DNA from: Dehalococcoidia bacterium UBA1162
GTDB lineage: Bacteria > Chloroflexota > Dehalococcoidia > GIF9 > UBA5629
DNA length: 64,000 nt
Direction of reading: 5' to 3'
Assembly: GCA_002311135.1 (NCBI GenBank)
Contig: DBZK01000037.1
Span: 73,852 to 137,851, forward strand
Positions 37,807 to 47,230 of the stretch are shown here, one piece after another. The notes beneath the pieces are model-generated. The model did no database searches. It was not told where the DNA came from and saw only the letters and a list, made by a program, of their open reading frames with translations. The position numbers and the translations under genes were made by a program. Position 1 is the stretch's first letter. Each line of letters starts with the position of its first letter.

Positions 37807-39228
37807 TCATGCTAAAGTGGCCGCGTCCTCAACATTTATAATTTTTATCTTCTGCTGTTCGGCGAACTGCTGCGCCTCTTTGGCCAGGCCGGGCGACGCC
37901 AGCAGTATTTTGTCGTGGATGCCGATATCGTAGGCTTTGGTATCGTAGGCGGAGACCGCCTCCAGACTGACCCCCTTGGGATCCACCAATATTCCAATAG
38001 ATATGGTATGCGTGAACAGGCCGTCGTCATAATAAGCGATAATATCCATAGTGTATTCGGCGCCCGATCGGCCGCGTATCCTGGCTTTTTCCTCCGTCCT
38101 GTAACCCTGTCCGTGCAGATATTTCAATAGCTGTTTGCGGCTCTCAAAGCTGAAAGGCTTTTTATTGACCTTGGCCGGCAGGTTGTCCGCAGCTCCTTTT
38201 AAGAACGTCTCCAGCTCATCGGCGTTGAACGATTTGATGCGCTGCCTCTGGGCAAATTGCCTGGCTTCGCTGTTTAGTCCCGGCATAGCCAGCAGAATCT
38301 TATCGTGTATACCCAGGTCATAGGCCTTGTTATCGAATCTGAAGACATCCTCCAGGCCAATATTCTCCGAGTCGTGCCCGATGGCTATACCTATGCCCAG
38401 GACAAATGTGAGGAACCCATCGTCACGCGAAGCCAGCATATCCATGACATGCGTTACGCCCGACCCGGACCCGCTGTTCACCCTGGCTTTCTCAAACACG
38501 TTATAGCCCTGCTGTTCCAGGTAGCTGATAAATTTAGACTTAAAGCCCATATCAAAAGTCAGCCAGTTCCTGCTCAGCTCATTCAAAATATACGAGTTTA
38601 TGGTCTGTACTTTCGCTTCTTCATCCGAGAAGAAGATGGAGCATTTAAGGCACTGCCACTTCATTGTGATCTCGGTGGAAAGTCCGCCGCAGCTCTGGCA
38701 TTTATAGTTCACGCCCAGGCTGCGATAATCAGTCCCCAAGAATTTAAGCGGCTTTTTACAATGCGGGCAGACGTATTTCCCCCCGGCGATAAACTCCTGC
38801 TCAAGCCCGTTCTTCCCACAGGAGAAGTGCTCAAGTATCCTTCCTTTGGCGACATTGCCCGACCCGCATTTGGGGCACCTCAAACTGGGCCTCAAATTCA
38901 TGGAACTACATACGGGACAAAAGATCAGGCGGTCATAGAAGCGGGCCTCCAGTATGCGCTCTTCAACCAGGCTGTCCAATATTTTTACAACCTCTTCTGA
39001 TGTCTTGCCCAGCATGGTTTCAACCTGGGGATATACGGCGCCGGACTGCCTGGTGAAGTCGATAACCGGCCGTATCTCTTCAATACGGCCGTCGATCATT
39101 TCGTTGATGAGGTGCAGCACCTTGGGATCATGCGTTGCCGTTTGAGAAGCTTCTAAAATCTCGATCATTTCATTCCCCGCATACAAAAGTGTATGGACCT
39201 TGCTTAAAAAACAAATACGCGGTCCCAA
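37807..39228 (-). CDS. uncharacterised protein: N-terminal winged-helix-like region, three zinc-ribbon motifs, two tandem degenerate Mrr_cat-like (restriction-endonuclease-fold) domains; first gene of the pilus operon
   Basis: 473 aa. Zinc ribbons CPVC-x10-CPKC, SC-x15-CPHC and CQSC-x12-CLKC. Two ~125-aa repeats share YLxxQGYxVxEKARVxxxSG...DML/IIA...DDG...KAYD(L/I)GIHDKILLAxPGLxxEAxQFAxxQxIK. Only 27 nt separate it from pilB. Confidence 0.6.
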   Translation of the reverse strand: MGPRICFLSKVHTLLYAGNEMIEILEASQTATHDPKVLHLINEMIDGRIEEIRPVIDFTRQSGAVYPQVETMLGKTSEEVVKILDSLVEERILEARFYDRLIFCPVCSSMNLRPSLRCPKCGSGNVAKGRILEHFSCGKNGLEQEFIAGGKYVCPHCKKPLKFLGTDYRSLGVNYKCQSCGGLSTEITMKWQCLKCSIFFSDEEAKVQTINSYILNELSRNWLTFDMGFKSKFISYLEQQGYNVFEKARVNSGSGSGVTHVMDMLASRDDGFLTFVLGIGIAIGHDSENIGLEDVFRFDNKAYDLGIHDKILLAMPGLNSEARQFAQRQRIKSFNADELETFLKGAADNLPAKVNKKPFSFESRKQLLKYLHGQGYRTEEKARIRGRSGAEYTMDIIAYYDDGLFTHTISIGILVDPKGVSLEAVSAYDTKAYDIGIHDKILLASPGLAKEAQQFAEQQKIKIINVEDAATLA

Positions 39229-39420
39229 TGTCCGAGCCTGTTAAAAATAGCTATGGCTCGCACTTTGTTTTTACTGCATTCCAGATTCATTTAGCTTAAT
39301 CTAGCATGCGATTCCGCATTTTGCAAATATGTCATTGTTTATGGTAGATTTCGACTAACTCTAATATAAATGAATTCCTGCCAAAATCCATGCCGCTCTA
39401 GTACCAGGGACTAAAGTCCT

Positions 39421-42400
39421 ATGCATAGTGAACGTAGCTACCGTATATTTGTAATCCTACTGCTGCTGGTACTAAGCATTTTAGATATATGTTCCTTCTG
39501 TCCTGCCGCTAATGCAGCCGGCTCAACCACCAGGACGCTGACCTGGTCCGTTGTGACAACGCCGGCCGAAGGTCCAGATAATGTAATCCGAAGGGGCAGC
39601 GAGATCAACTCCATGGCCTTGGGCCAGGGGGTAATTTATTGCGCCGACACGGAAAATCAAACGCTTTTCCGCTCCATCAACGGGGGTTACAGCTTCACCG
39701 ATATAAGCCCCAGCCTTGCCGCTGCCGGGGCCATTTTGCCGGTCTGGTCGGTTGCCTTAGCCCCGGACGATGCGCGCTTCGTTGTAGCAGTCACTAATAC
39801 GCCTCCTGTGCCCGCACCACCTCATCAGGGGCCCCAGCAGGTCTATGTATCCATCGATGGCGGAAACAACTGGCAAAGTGCTGGCCTATCCTGGAGTACG
39901 GTAAATCCTGGACCGGGCACAAACAGCATCGGCAAAGACGAATGGATAAGCTGCGTAAGTCTGTCCAATCAATACGGTAACGGATTTCGCGATATAGCTA
40001 TCGGCACACGTACCGAAACCAACTCCGGGCAGGTATTAAACCTCAAATACGGCACTCTTGGCGGATGGCTTACGCAGGGTACTTTACCGGGTGCTGTAAC
40101 GTCCCTTAAATTCTCTCCTAACTACCTTACCGACTCGACGCTGGCCGTCATCTCCTGTGATAAGGTATCCATCCCCAATGCTGCTGGACTCTACTTAGGC
40201 CAGAGGGTCACCGACATTAATACGACGACATGGAGCACAGGAACCATCTTCGCCACCGTCCCCGTGGGAAAGGTGATCGGCACCGATCTTGCGTTGCCAT
40301 CCGATTTTAACGGGCAGAACCCGGCATCGCAGGGCTGCTTTACCAGCATCCAAGCTGACTCGACTTTCACCGATCTCATGGGCAGGCCTACTCAAACGGG
40401 AGTCTTTTATATAAATCCCCTTTTTCTCGGTTCACCCTTCACAATTACACCCCTACCTGCTCTCTCTCCAGGACGCCGAATATATTCGATTGCCTACAAT
40501 GGCAGCCAGGTCACCGGCATCCTACTGGCAGGTGAGGCAACGGCCAACCCTGCCACTGCGATGGTTCCGGTCTATCAAAGCTCCAATGCGCAATCCTCCA
40601 GCCCGGGTGTTGCCACCTGGACCAGCTCGCAGGACTATAACAGCTTCAAATCACCCACCGGGGGCGGGAATACTAACAGTCCGAGTACTCCTAAAATTTA
40701 CTATGCCAACGCTATACTGGTCTGGGGTTATAACGGTGTAGCCTACTGTGGCACCAGCTCCGAAGATGATTATACCGGAGGAACAGGATGGAATCCCGGA
40801 CAATGGCCTAAATCTAAATTGAATTCTGTCCCTCTGGATGAGTCCGCTTTTTCATACAGCTACAACAATGGGCTTGGCTGGAACCAGATCGGCTTGATAG
40901 ACACTGAGATCAGTCAGCTATCGGATTCGGCAGCTCTTGAACCGCCTCCGGCGGCTACCCAGTCCAGCGTGCTGTACCTTTCTTCCATAAACGGAGCGCC
41001 AAATAGCTTCGACAGCGTATGGCGTTCCACCAGCGATACGCTCGGGGATCAATGGGAACGCATCCTGATCCACACGACAAGCAACGTCGGAACGATCTTG
41101 CGTGTGAACATGAAGGAACCGACGTCTACGGCACTGATCTTCGGCTACTTGACTACACCCACAATAATGTATACGGCAGATGAAGGGCAAAAATGGGAAT
41201 TGATATTGGCCGGAATATCGTCCCTACGTGATATAACCTTCAGGGACGAGTCGACTATCTACGTCCTTGAGGATTACAGGATAAGGCAGCTAACTATGGG
41301 AGACACCAACTGGGTGCCGGGGGAATTCGTCAATACGGATTTGCTGATACCCGCACATACCATATGTACCCCGCTGGTCAACCCTACCAGCGCAGATCTA
41401 GTCTTCGTAGGCTCAGGCATCAGCACAGCGGGAAACTCCGAGGCTTACGTAGCCTGGACCGATTTTTCTCAACCTTCGCCTAAATTCAACATACTTAGAA
41501 TGCTGCCGCAGAGCGGCAACGTGCATGTAATTGCGGATAGTAAATACGACCAGAACAATATCATTTATGCAGCCGTAAATGTTGATATACCTCCGAGCAG
41601 TGATGGAGTTATTTACAGGTGGACCATCGGGAAGAGCACGGACTGGGATGAGCTGGAGCCGGTCAACCGCGCTTTTTTTGGGATCGCCATGGCCGGCGAT
41701 GTCCTCTATGGCGCCTGGAACTTTGATACTACCACACTGCTGAACAGCGGGGGCGTGGACCGCACACTCGATCCCAGGATCGATGTCCCCCCGGCGCCGG
41801 AGTGGGATGAGCTGAAAGACGGCCTTCCGGTATCTACCGATACTACTAATTTCCCCGTACTTTTCACTCATGAACCCACATCGCTTAAAATCTCATCCAG
41901 TACCAATAATACCTTGTGGGCCATCGATAATCTCGATAAAACTGCAAAAGTTTACGACTTCGATAATAAGATCGGCTGCCTCTGGCAGTATATAGATTCT
42001 GTGGCCAGAGTAAGCCCCTGGCCGATTGCGCCGGCATCCGGCAGCTTCATAGGGGCAGATCCCGTTACCGGAAGATCTCAGCAGATAGATATAAAATGGC
42101 GTCCTCTTCAGGACATCTTCGGCTATGACATCCTGATGGCCAAGGATGTTAATTTTACATTATTGCTAACACAGAATATCAACATGTTCCCGGTTGATAA
42201 TAAGACAGGCGCCTGGGTAGTGACGCTCGACCAATCACAGCAGCTCTCTCCGGGCGTCTGGATACCCCCGGGCGTATTGGAAGCGGGCAAGTCCTACTAT
42301 TGGGAAGTAAGGGGCAGCAGGACCATAACCGGCGCTGCCATTCACAGTCTGTGGTCGCCTGTAATGTTCTTCTCGGTCAAACCTGGTTTCGCTGTCAGGG

Positions 42401-42816
42401 GCATCGGAAACGGCCCCCAGCTTTTAACACCCATCGACGGTATGTGCCAGGACTGCCAGCCGACAATCGGCTTTAGCTGGACGCCGGTTAAAAATGCTAA
42501 AAAATATGAGTTCACCCTGGCTAATGATCAGGACCTTAAAAACATATTGGTTCAAACTGTTACGACCACGACTGCATACAAATATGAAGGCAAGCTTGAG
42601 CCGGGCAGAATTTATTTCTGGCGGGTGAAAGCTGTGGCCCCCTTCGAAAGCGACCCCAGCCCAACAGGAACTTTCGTCATAGCCGGCAGCCGGCCCCTGA
42701 TATCATGGCCGTCCCTTCCCCCATCCTACCTCTGGATAGTGGTAATTATTGCCGCGGCAGTCCTGGTGGTTTTGATTGTCGCCTTATTCATCTACAATTA
42801 TATGCGCAGGTATTAA
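39421..42816 (+). CDS. giant secreted, C-terminally membrane-anchored surface protein with BNR/Asp-box motifs and Ig/FN3-like C-terminal domains
   Basis: 1131 aa. Signal peptide MHSERSYRIFVILLLLVLSILDICSFCPAANA. Asp-box-like SIDGGNNWQS and SINGGYSF. C-terminal TM helix LWIVVIIAAAVLVVLIVALFIY followed by NYMRRY. Confidence 0.7.
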   Translation: MHSERSYRIFVILLLLVLSILDICSFCPAANAAGSTTRTLTWSVVTTPAEGPDNVIRRGSEINSMALGQGVIYCADTENQTLFRSINGGYSFTDISPSLAAAGAILPVWSVALAPDDARFVVAVTNTPPVPAPPHQGPQQVYVSIDGGNNWQSAGLSWSTVNPGPGTNSIGKDEWISCVSLSNQYGNGFRDIAIGTRTETNSGQVLNLKYGTLGGWLTQGTLPGAVTSLKFSPNYLTDSTLAVISCDKVSIPNAAGLYLGQRVTDINTTTWSTGTIFATVPVGKVIGTDLALPSDFNGQNPASQGCFTSIQADSTFTDLMGRPTQTGVFYINPLFLGSPFTITPLPALSPGRRIYSIAYNGSQVTGILLAGEATANPATAMVPVYQSSNAQSSSPGVATWTSSQDYNSFKSPTGGGNTNSPSTPKIYYANAILVWGYNGVAYCGTSSEDDYTGGTGWNPGQWPKSKLNSVPLDESAFSYSYNNGLGWNQIGLIDTEISQLSDSAALEPPPAATQSSVLYLSSINGAPNSFDSVWRSTSDTLGDQWERILIHTTSNVGTILRVNMKEPTSTALIFGYLTTPTIMYTADEGQKWELILAGISSLRDITFRDESTIYVLEDYRIRQLTMGDTNWVPGEFVNTDLLIPAHTICTPLVNPTSADLVFVGSGISTAGNSEAYVAWTDFSQPSPKFNILRMLPQSGNVHVIADSKYDQNNIIYAAVNVDIPPSSDGVIYRWTIGKSTDWDELEPVNRAFFGIAMAGDVLYGAWNFDTTTLLNSGGVDRTLDPRIDVPPAPEWDELKDGLPVSTDTTNFPVLFTHEPTSLKISSSTNNTLWAIDNLDKTAKVYDFDNKIGCLWQYIDSVARVSPWPIAPASGSFIGADPVTGRSQQIDIKWRPLQDIFGYDILMAKDVNFTLLLTQNINMFPVDNKTGAWVVTLDQSQQLSPGVWIPPGVLEAGKSYYWEVRGSRTITGAAIHSLWSPVMFFSVKPGFAVRGIGNGPQLLTPIDGMCQDCQPTIGFSWTPVKNAKKYEFTLANDQDLKNILVQTVTTTTAYKYEGKLEPGRIYFWRVKAVAPFESDPSPTGTFVIAGSRPLISWPSLPPSYLWIVVIIAAAVLVVLIVALFIYNYMRRY

Positions 42817-42854
42817 ACCGTATTTATACCGGGTAGCCGGAAGGTTACATATTT

Positions 42855-43511
42855 ATGGCTAAAGAGAATTCAGCTTTTGAATTTGCCTCACAGGTGAAAG
42901 GCTACCTGGCCGAGGATGAGGGCCAGTGCCTCTTTAAGCTGGCCCGGGAGGTTGCCGCTTCAAGTCCCTGCCTGGAGATTGGCAGTTTCTGCGGCAAGTC
43001 CACGGTCTATTTAGGGGCCGCCTGTAAAATCAAGGGCGTAACGCTTTTCACTATAGACCACCACCGCGGCTCGGAGGAGCAGCAGCCGGGACAGCTATAT
43101 TTTGATCCTGCGATCTACGATGAGAAGAAAGAGGAGATAGACAGTTTCCCCATCTTGAGGGCTACCATAAAAGAAGCGGGACTGGAAGATACGGTGGTGC
43201 CTATGGTTACCTGGTCGAGGGTGGCTGCCCGGAACTGGTCTACACCCCTTAGCCTCATCTTCATCGACGGCGGCCACAGCTATGAGACGGCCTTATCCGA
43301 CTACAACTGCTGGAACCCCCATCTGGTCCCCGGCGGTTACCTGATTTTTCACGATATTTACCTCGACCCATCAAAAGGCGGGCAGGCACCCTACGAAGTG
43401 TATAAAAAGGCCGTCAAGAGCGGCAGCTATGCGGAGCTCCCCATGGTAAATTCACTGGGGATACTAAAGAAGAGCGACCCCGTGGTGATCGAAAAGAAGG
43501 TTAGTTGCTGA
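42855..43511 (+). CDS. class I SAM-dependent O-methyltransferase (family 3/CCoAOMT-like)
   Basis: LEIGSFCGKST and LIFIDGGHSYE...GGYLIFHDI motifs; 218 aa. Confidence 0.7.
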   Translation: MAKENSAFEFASQVKGYLAEDEGQCLFKLAREVAASSPCLEIGSFCGKSTVYLGAACKIKGVTLFTIDHHRGSEEQQPGQLYFDPAIYDEKKEEIDSFPILRATIKEAGLEDTVVPMVTWSRVAARNWSTPLSLIFIDGGHSYETALSDYNCWNPHLVPGGYLIFHDIYLDPSKGGQAPYEVYKKAVKSGSYAELPMVNSLGILKKSDPVVIEKKVSC

Positions 43512-44525
43512 TTCCCGGTTGAGCATATCCGCCGCCAGAACGACTGCGGCTGCCGTCCAGGTCGGCTTCTCCAGCGGCCATATCTCATTTTCCGGATAAG
43601 CCATGCCGTACCAGTAAGCGCCGTCTTCATCGCGCAGGTGGTGGATCCAGTTGTAGACCGTTGCAGCCTGCCGGTATTCTCCATGAACTGCCAGTGAAAT
43701 GGCCAATTCGCTGGTTTCGGCGGCTGTGACCCACTGCTTTTCCAGGTTGCATACCGATCCCTTGCCATGCACTATAAACTTGTCCCAGCTATCGTAGATG
43801 CGGCTGATCGCTTCACGGCCGTTAATAACACTGCACAGGGCAGGGTAGTACCAGTCCATGGCAAAAGCCGAGAGGCTGTCGCCTTCGTACTTCGCAACAT
43901 AGGGCAGGGGCATCTTCAAGATTGCGGAACGCAAGACTTCATTGGCCTCCCGCCAGTCACGGCGGTCTTCGCCCATAAGCTCCGCCATCTTTAAAGCACA
44001 CCTGATGCTCAAATATGAGGAGCTGCAACTGGCAATCTGCGCTGATGGATACAAGGCGCCGCCCACATCCCTGGCCCAGTATATTTCCCCATTGGGACCG
44101 CGCATCCCAAGAATATAGTCTATGGCGCTGCGTATGCAGGGCCACATTCTGTCGACAAAACGTACATCGTTATTTATAAGATAGTGGTGCCAGATGCCTA
44201 CCGCAATATAAGAGATGGCATGAGATACCTTGTACATATCTTTGGGCCGGCCGTTCCTGTAATTGGCATACCAGCTCCCATCTGCAAGCTGAACATTGGC
44301 CAGCCACTCGTAGGCCTTTTCCGCTTCGTCGCGGAAATTGCCTGCATCGATAGCCATAGCACATTCCACATGGGTCCAGGGTTCAACAATGCCGCCTTCC
44401 AGTTCCGGGACGGCGCCTCCCTGCTCCTGTACGCTGACTATGCCCTCCAGTGTGGGGCTCAAGAACTGCCGCGATAATTGATTTTTCGCCTCGAATGCAT
44501 CAAGGGTGCTGCTGCTTATGCTCAT
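43464..44525 (-). CDS. alpha/alpha-toroid protein with prenyltransferase/squalene-oxidase-like QxxDGSW repeats (possibly a glycoside-hydrolase-like toroid)
   Basis: 353 aa with LADGSWYANY, ARDVGGALY and DGAYWYGMAY repeats. Its 3' end overlaps the convergent methyltransferase by ~48 nt. Confidence 0.55.
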   Translation of the reverse strand: MSISSSTLDAFEAKNQLSRQFLSPTLEGIVSVQEQGGAVPELEGGIVEPWTHVECAMAIDAGNFRDEAEKAYEWLANVQLADGSWYANYRNGRPKDMYKVSHAISYIAVGIWHHYLINNDVRFVDRMWPCIRSAIDYILGMRGPNGEIYWARDVGGALYPSAQIASCSSSYLSIRCALKMAELMGEDRRDWREANEVLRSAILKMPLPYVAKYEGDSLSAFAMDWYYPALCSVINGREAISRIYDSWDKFIVHGKGSVCNLEKQWVTAAETSELAISLAVHGEYRQAATVYNWIHHLRDEDGAYWYGMAYPENEIWPLEKPTWTAAAVVLAADMLNRESATNLLFDHHGVALL

Positions 44526-45781
44526 AGCGATTTAACCCCGGCGTGAGCAGCCTGTAGCTCTACCGCCTCCCTGTAATAGTCCGCCGTCTGCCTGGCGGTA
44601 CTCTCCCAGTTAAATAATCTCCTTACCCTTTCAGCGCCCATTTTGCCTAACTGCCTGCGCTTATTCTCGTCATCCAATAGCGAAGTGATGGCGCCGACTA
44701 TCGCCCCAGTATCTCCCGGCGGTATGAGGATGCCGGCTTCTCCTACAACCTCTGGCAAGGCCCCGGCAGTGGTCGATATCACGGGTGTGCCGCAGGACAT
44801 GGCTTCGGCGGCCGGCAATCCAAAACCCTCATATATCGAAGGTACAACCAGCATGGTGGCGGTGGAATAATGCTCTACCAGTTCTGGAGTATCGATTTTG
44901 CCCGTATACGTGGCACAGTCTTCCAACCCCAACGACCTGATCAGCCCCTGGCTATAGCCGTTCTTCATGGGCTGACCGACTATGGTCAAACCTATGTTTC
45001 TACTTTTGCGCAGCTCGGCAACCGCCTCCATTAAATACTTCAGCCCTTTGAGCGGTGTGTCGCCGCTGTTGATCACCAGTATTTTATTATCCGATCTAAC
45101 CGAACCCGGCGCTTGCCTGAATATCTCATGGTCCACGCCGCAGTAGATTATCTTAAATTTGTCCGAAGTCAGCCCGAAGCTCTGCATTATCTCATTCAGC
45201 GAGTTCTGCGAATCCGTGATGAAGTGTGACAATTGCGCTGCCACCTTGATCTGAGTGTCGCAGACGGCATACCAGCGGCGTATGCCCAGGGTACGGATGA
45301 AGGAGCTCGAAGCCTTAAGCGCCAGCTCCCGGTCAATGGTTATGGGATGGTGAATGGTAGTAACCATCGGCATTCCCATCTGCCTGATCTTTAATATCCC
45401 CTCCGTAATGCACTGGTTGTCATGTACGATATCATATTTCCTGGAATGGCCGTTCTGGCGGAACATATCGTGAACTCGCATGCCGAAAGTCGTCGGCTCG
45501 GTAAAGAAGCCTCCACATTCCCCGATCCACTCTACGAAATTGGGCCAGGTATTCAACAGCAGGGGATTGATAAAATAACGTCTGATCTCAGGGTATCTGT
45601 AAAGGTCAAGGCTGGGAATTTTGATCAGCTTAATTCCGTCTGCAAGGTCGGGATATGGCGGCCCGGCAACCACATCCACCTCATGCCCCAGGTCCCGCAG
45701 AGACTGGCTGAGATATTTTACATATACTCCCTGTCCGCCGGAGTATTTATATGCCCGGTAACTGAGTAAACATACACGCAT
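44522..45781 (-). CDS. GT4-family (group 1) glycosyltransferase
   Basis: 419 aa GT-B fold with the E-x7-E-type C-terminal donor-binding region (…GFGLPAAEAMSCGTPVI…). Confidence 0.85.
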   Translation of the reverse strand: MRVCLLSYRAYKYSGGQGVYVKYLSQSLRDLGHEVDVVAGPPYPDLADGIKLIKIPSLDLYRYPEIRRYFINPLLLNTWPNFVEWIGECGGFFTEPTTFGMRVHDMFRQNGHSRKYDIVHDNQCITEGILKIRQMGMPMVTTIHHPITIDRELALKASSSFIRTLGIRRWYAVCDTQIKVAAQLSHFITDSQNSLNEIMQSFGLTSDKFKIIYCGVDHEIFRQAPGSVRSDNKILVINSGDTPLKGLKYLMEAVAELRKSRNIGLTIVGQPMKNGYSQGLIRSLGLEDCATYTGKIDTPELVEHYSTATMLVVPSIYEGFGLPAAEAMSCGTPVISTTAGALPEVVGEAGILIPPGDTGAIVGAITSLLDDENKRRQLGKMGAERVRRLFNWESTARQTADYYREAVELQAAHAGVKSL

Positions 45782-45897
45782 CGGGTATCCGCCAACCTCG
45801 TTTTATCTATTATCATGCTCGAAAGCACCCGCACATTTTACATGTAATTAACTGGTTAATCAATGCTGGGGTAAATTGGATGGCATCTTACGGGCCG

Positions 45898-47130
45898 TTA
45901 TTGCCGGCTTTTGATAGCTTCGAGGTATATATCTGCTGTACGTTGGGCGGCGTTTTTCCAGTTGAAATTTTGAAGGATGCGCTGACGTCCCAGCAGGCTG
46001 TATTCCCGCCTTTTGATTGGGTCTGCGAGCAGGATTCCTATGGCGGCAGCCAGCGCCGCCGAATCGGCGGGGGGTACGAGTATCCCTGCATCCCCCACCA
46101 CCTCCGGCAAGGCCCCGGCCGTGGTTGATACCAGTGGTGTGCCGCAGGACATCGCTTCGGCTGCCGGTATACCGAATCCCTCATAAGTGGAGGGCACGGC
46201 GACCAGGGTTGCCGACCTGTAAAGGTTGACCAACTCATCTGTGTCAATCCGATCACGGAAAGTAACATGGGCCGTTATACCCAACCTCTCCATAAGATTC
46301 TCCGTCAGGCCGTCTCCCATGGTCCTGCCCACTACGACAAGGTTTAAATCGTATTTTTTTCTCAGCTCGGACAGAGCTTCAAGCAGGAACCGCAAGCCTT
46401 TGACCGCTGTGTCACGGCTCATCACCATCAATATCATGTTGTCCACTCTTTTTACACTGTCCGACGGGCTGAACAGCTCAGTGTCGATGCCGTTGTAGAT
46501 GACCCTTAGATTGCCCTCCGGCACCTTGAAGACTTCGTGAATATGCTGTTTGGCCATCTCCGAGACGGTGATGATATAAGGCAGTTGCTGAGCTACCTTC
46601 ATCTGCATTCCGGTAAACGAGAACCAGCGCCGGTAGCCCAGCTTTTCTTTAAGTGATTTCGCCGAGCTTATGGCCAGGTCGCGGTCTTTGGTGACCGGGT
46701 GATGAATGGTTTCCACCACGGGATAGCCCGCTTTTTGTATATCGACTATTCCGTAGGACAGCGTCTGGTTATCGTGTATCACGTCGTAGAGCTTTTTACC
46801 TTCGCCGCAAAGATACTGATAGGCGCGCATGCCGAAAGTCAGGGGCTCGGAGAAATAGCCGGTCACAGTGCCGCCCCACTCCACAAAGTTGGCATAAGTA
46901 TTCAGCTTGCGCGGGTCGATGAATAGCCTTTGCATGGAAGTCATCGCATACAGGTCGAGGCTGGGCAGCTTTATCAGTCCTACGCCTTCATCCACGATAG
47001 GATAAGGAGGCCCCGACATGAGGTCCACTTGATGCCCCAGGTCCCGCAGGGCATTGCTCAAATAGCGCATGTAAATGCCCTGGCCGCCTGAGTAGGGGTA
47101 GCTGCGATAGCTTAAAATGCAAATCCGCAT
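45898..47130 (-). CDS. GT4-family glycosyltransferase, tandem paralogue of 44522..45781
   Basis: About 60% identity over the N-termini (MRICILSYRSYPYSGGQGIYMRYLSNALRDLGHQVD vs MRVCLLSYRAYKYSGGQGVYVKYLSQSLRDLGHEVD). Confidence 0.85.
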   Translation of the reverse strand: MRICILSYRSYPYSGGQGIYMRYLSNALRDLGHQVDLMSGPPYPIVDEGVGLIKLPSLDLYAMTSMQRLFIDPRKLNTYANFVEWGGTVTGYFSEPLTFGMRAYQYLCGEGKKLYDVIHDNQTLSYGIVDIQKAGYPVVETIHHPVTKDRDLAISSAKSLKEKLGYRRWFSFTGMQMKVAQQLPYIITVSEMAKQHIHEVFKVPEGNLRVIYNGIDTELFSPSDSVKRVDNMILMVMSRDTAVKGLRFLLEALSELRKKYDLNLVVVGRTMGDGLTENLMERLGITAHVTFRDRIDTDELVNLYRSATLVAVPSTYEGFGIPAAEAMSCGTPLVSTTAGALPEVVGDAGILVPPADSAALAAAIGILLADPIKRREYSLLGRQRILQNFNWKNAAQRTADIYLEAIKSRQ

Positions 47131-47230
47131 GCGTATAGACCGTTATATCCTGTTTGACGCCGAATATAATACCAGACTTATCAGGCCCAACGTTAATACT
47201 CTGACGTATGTGAAGGCAAACCGAAACCAT

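Noticed and set aside
25593-39228. Possibility that this locus is a bacterial archaellum rather than a type IV pilus
   Set aside because: PilB has the bacterial T2SSE_N domain and tetracysteine. PilC is a 404-aa two-repeat GspF. PilM, PilN, PilO and PilT homologues are present. The major subunit has an F1/E5 pilin N-terminus. No ArlH (KaiC-like) or ArlF/G is present.
43464-43511. 48-nt 3'-end overlap between the methyltransferase (+) and the toroid protein (-)
   Set aside because: Convergent overlap of this size is unusual but both frames carry clear domain motifs up to near their ends. Probably real, or one C-terminus is slightly over-extended. Not treated as a feature.
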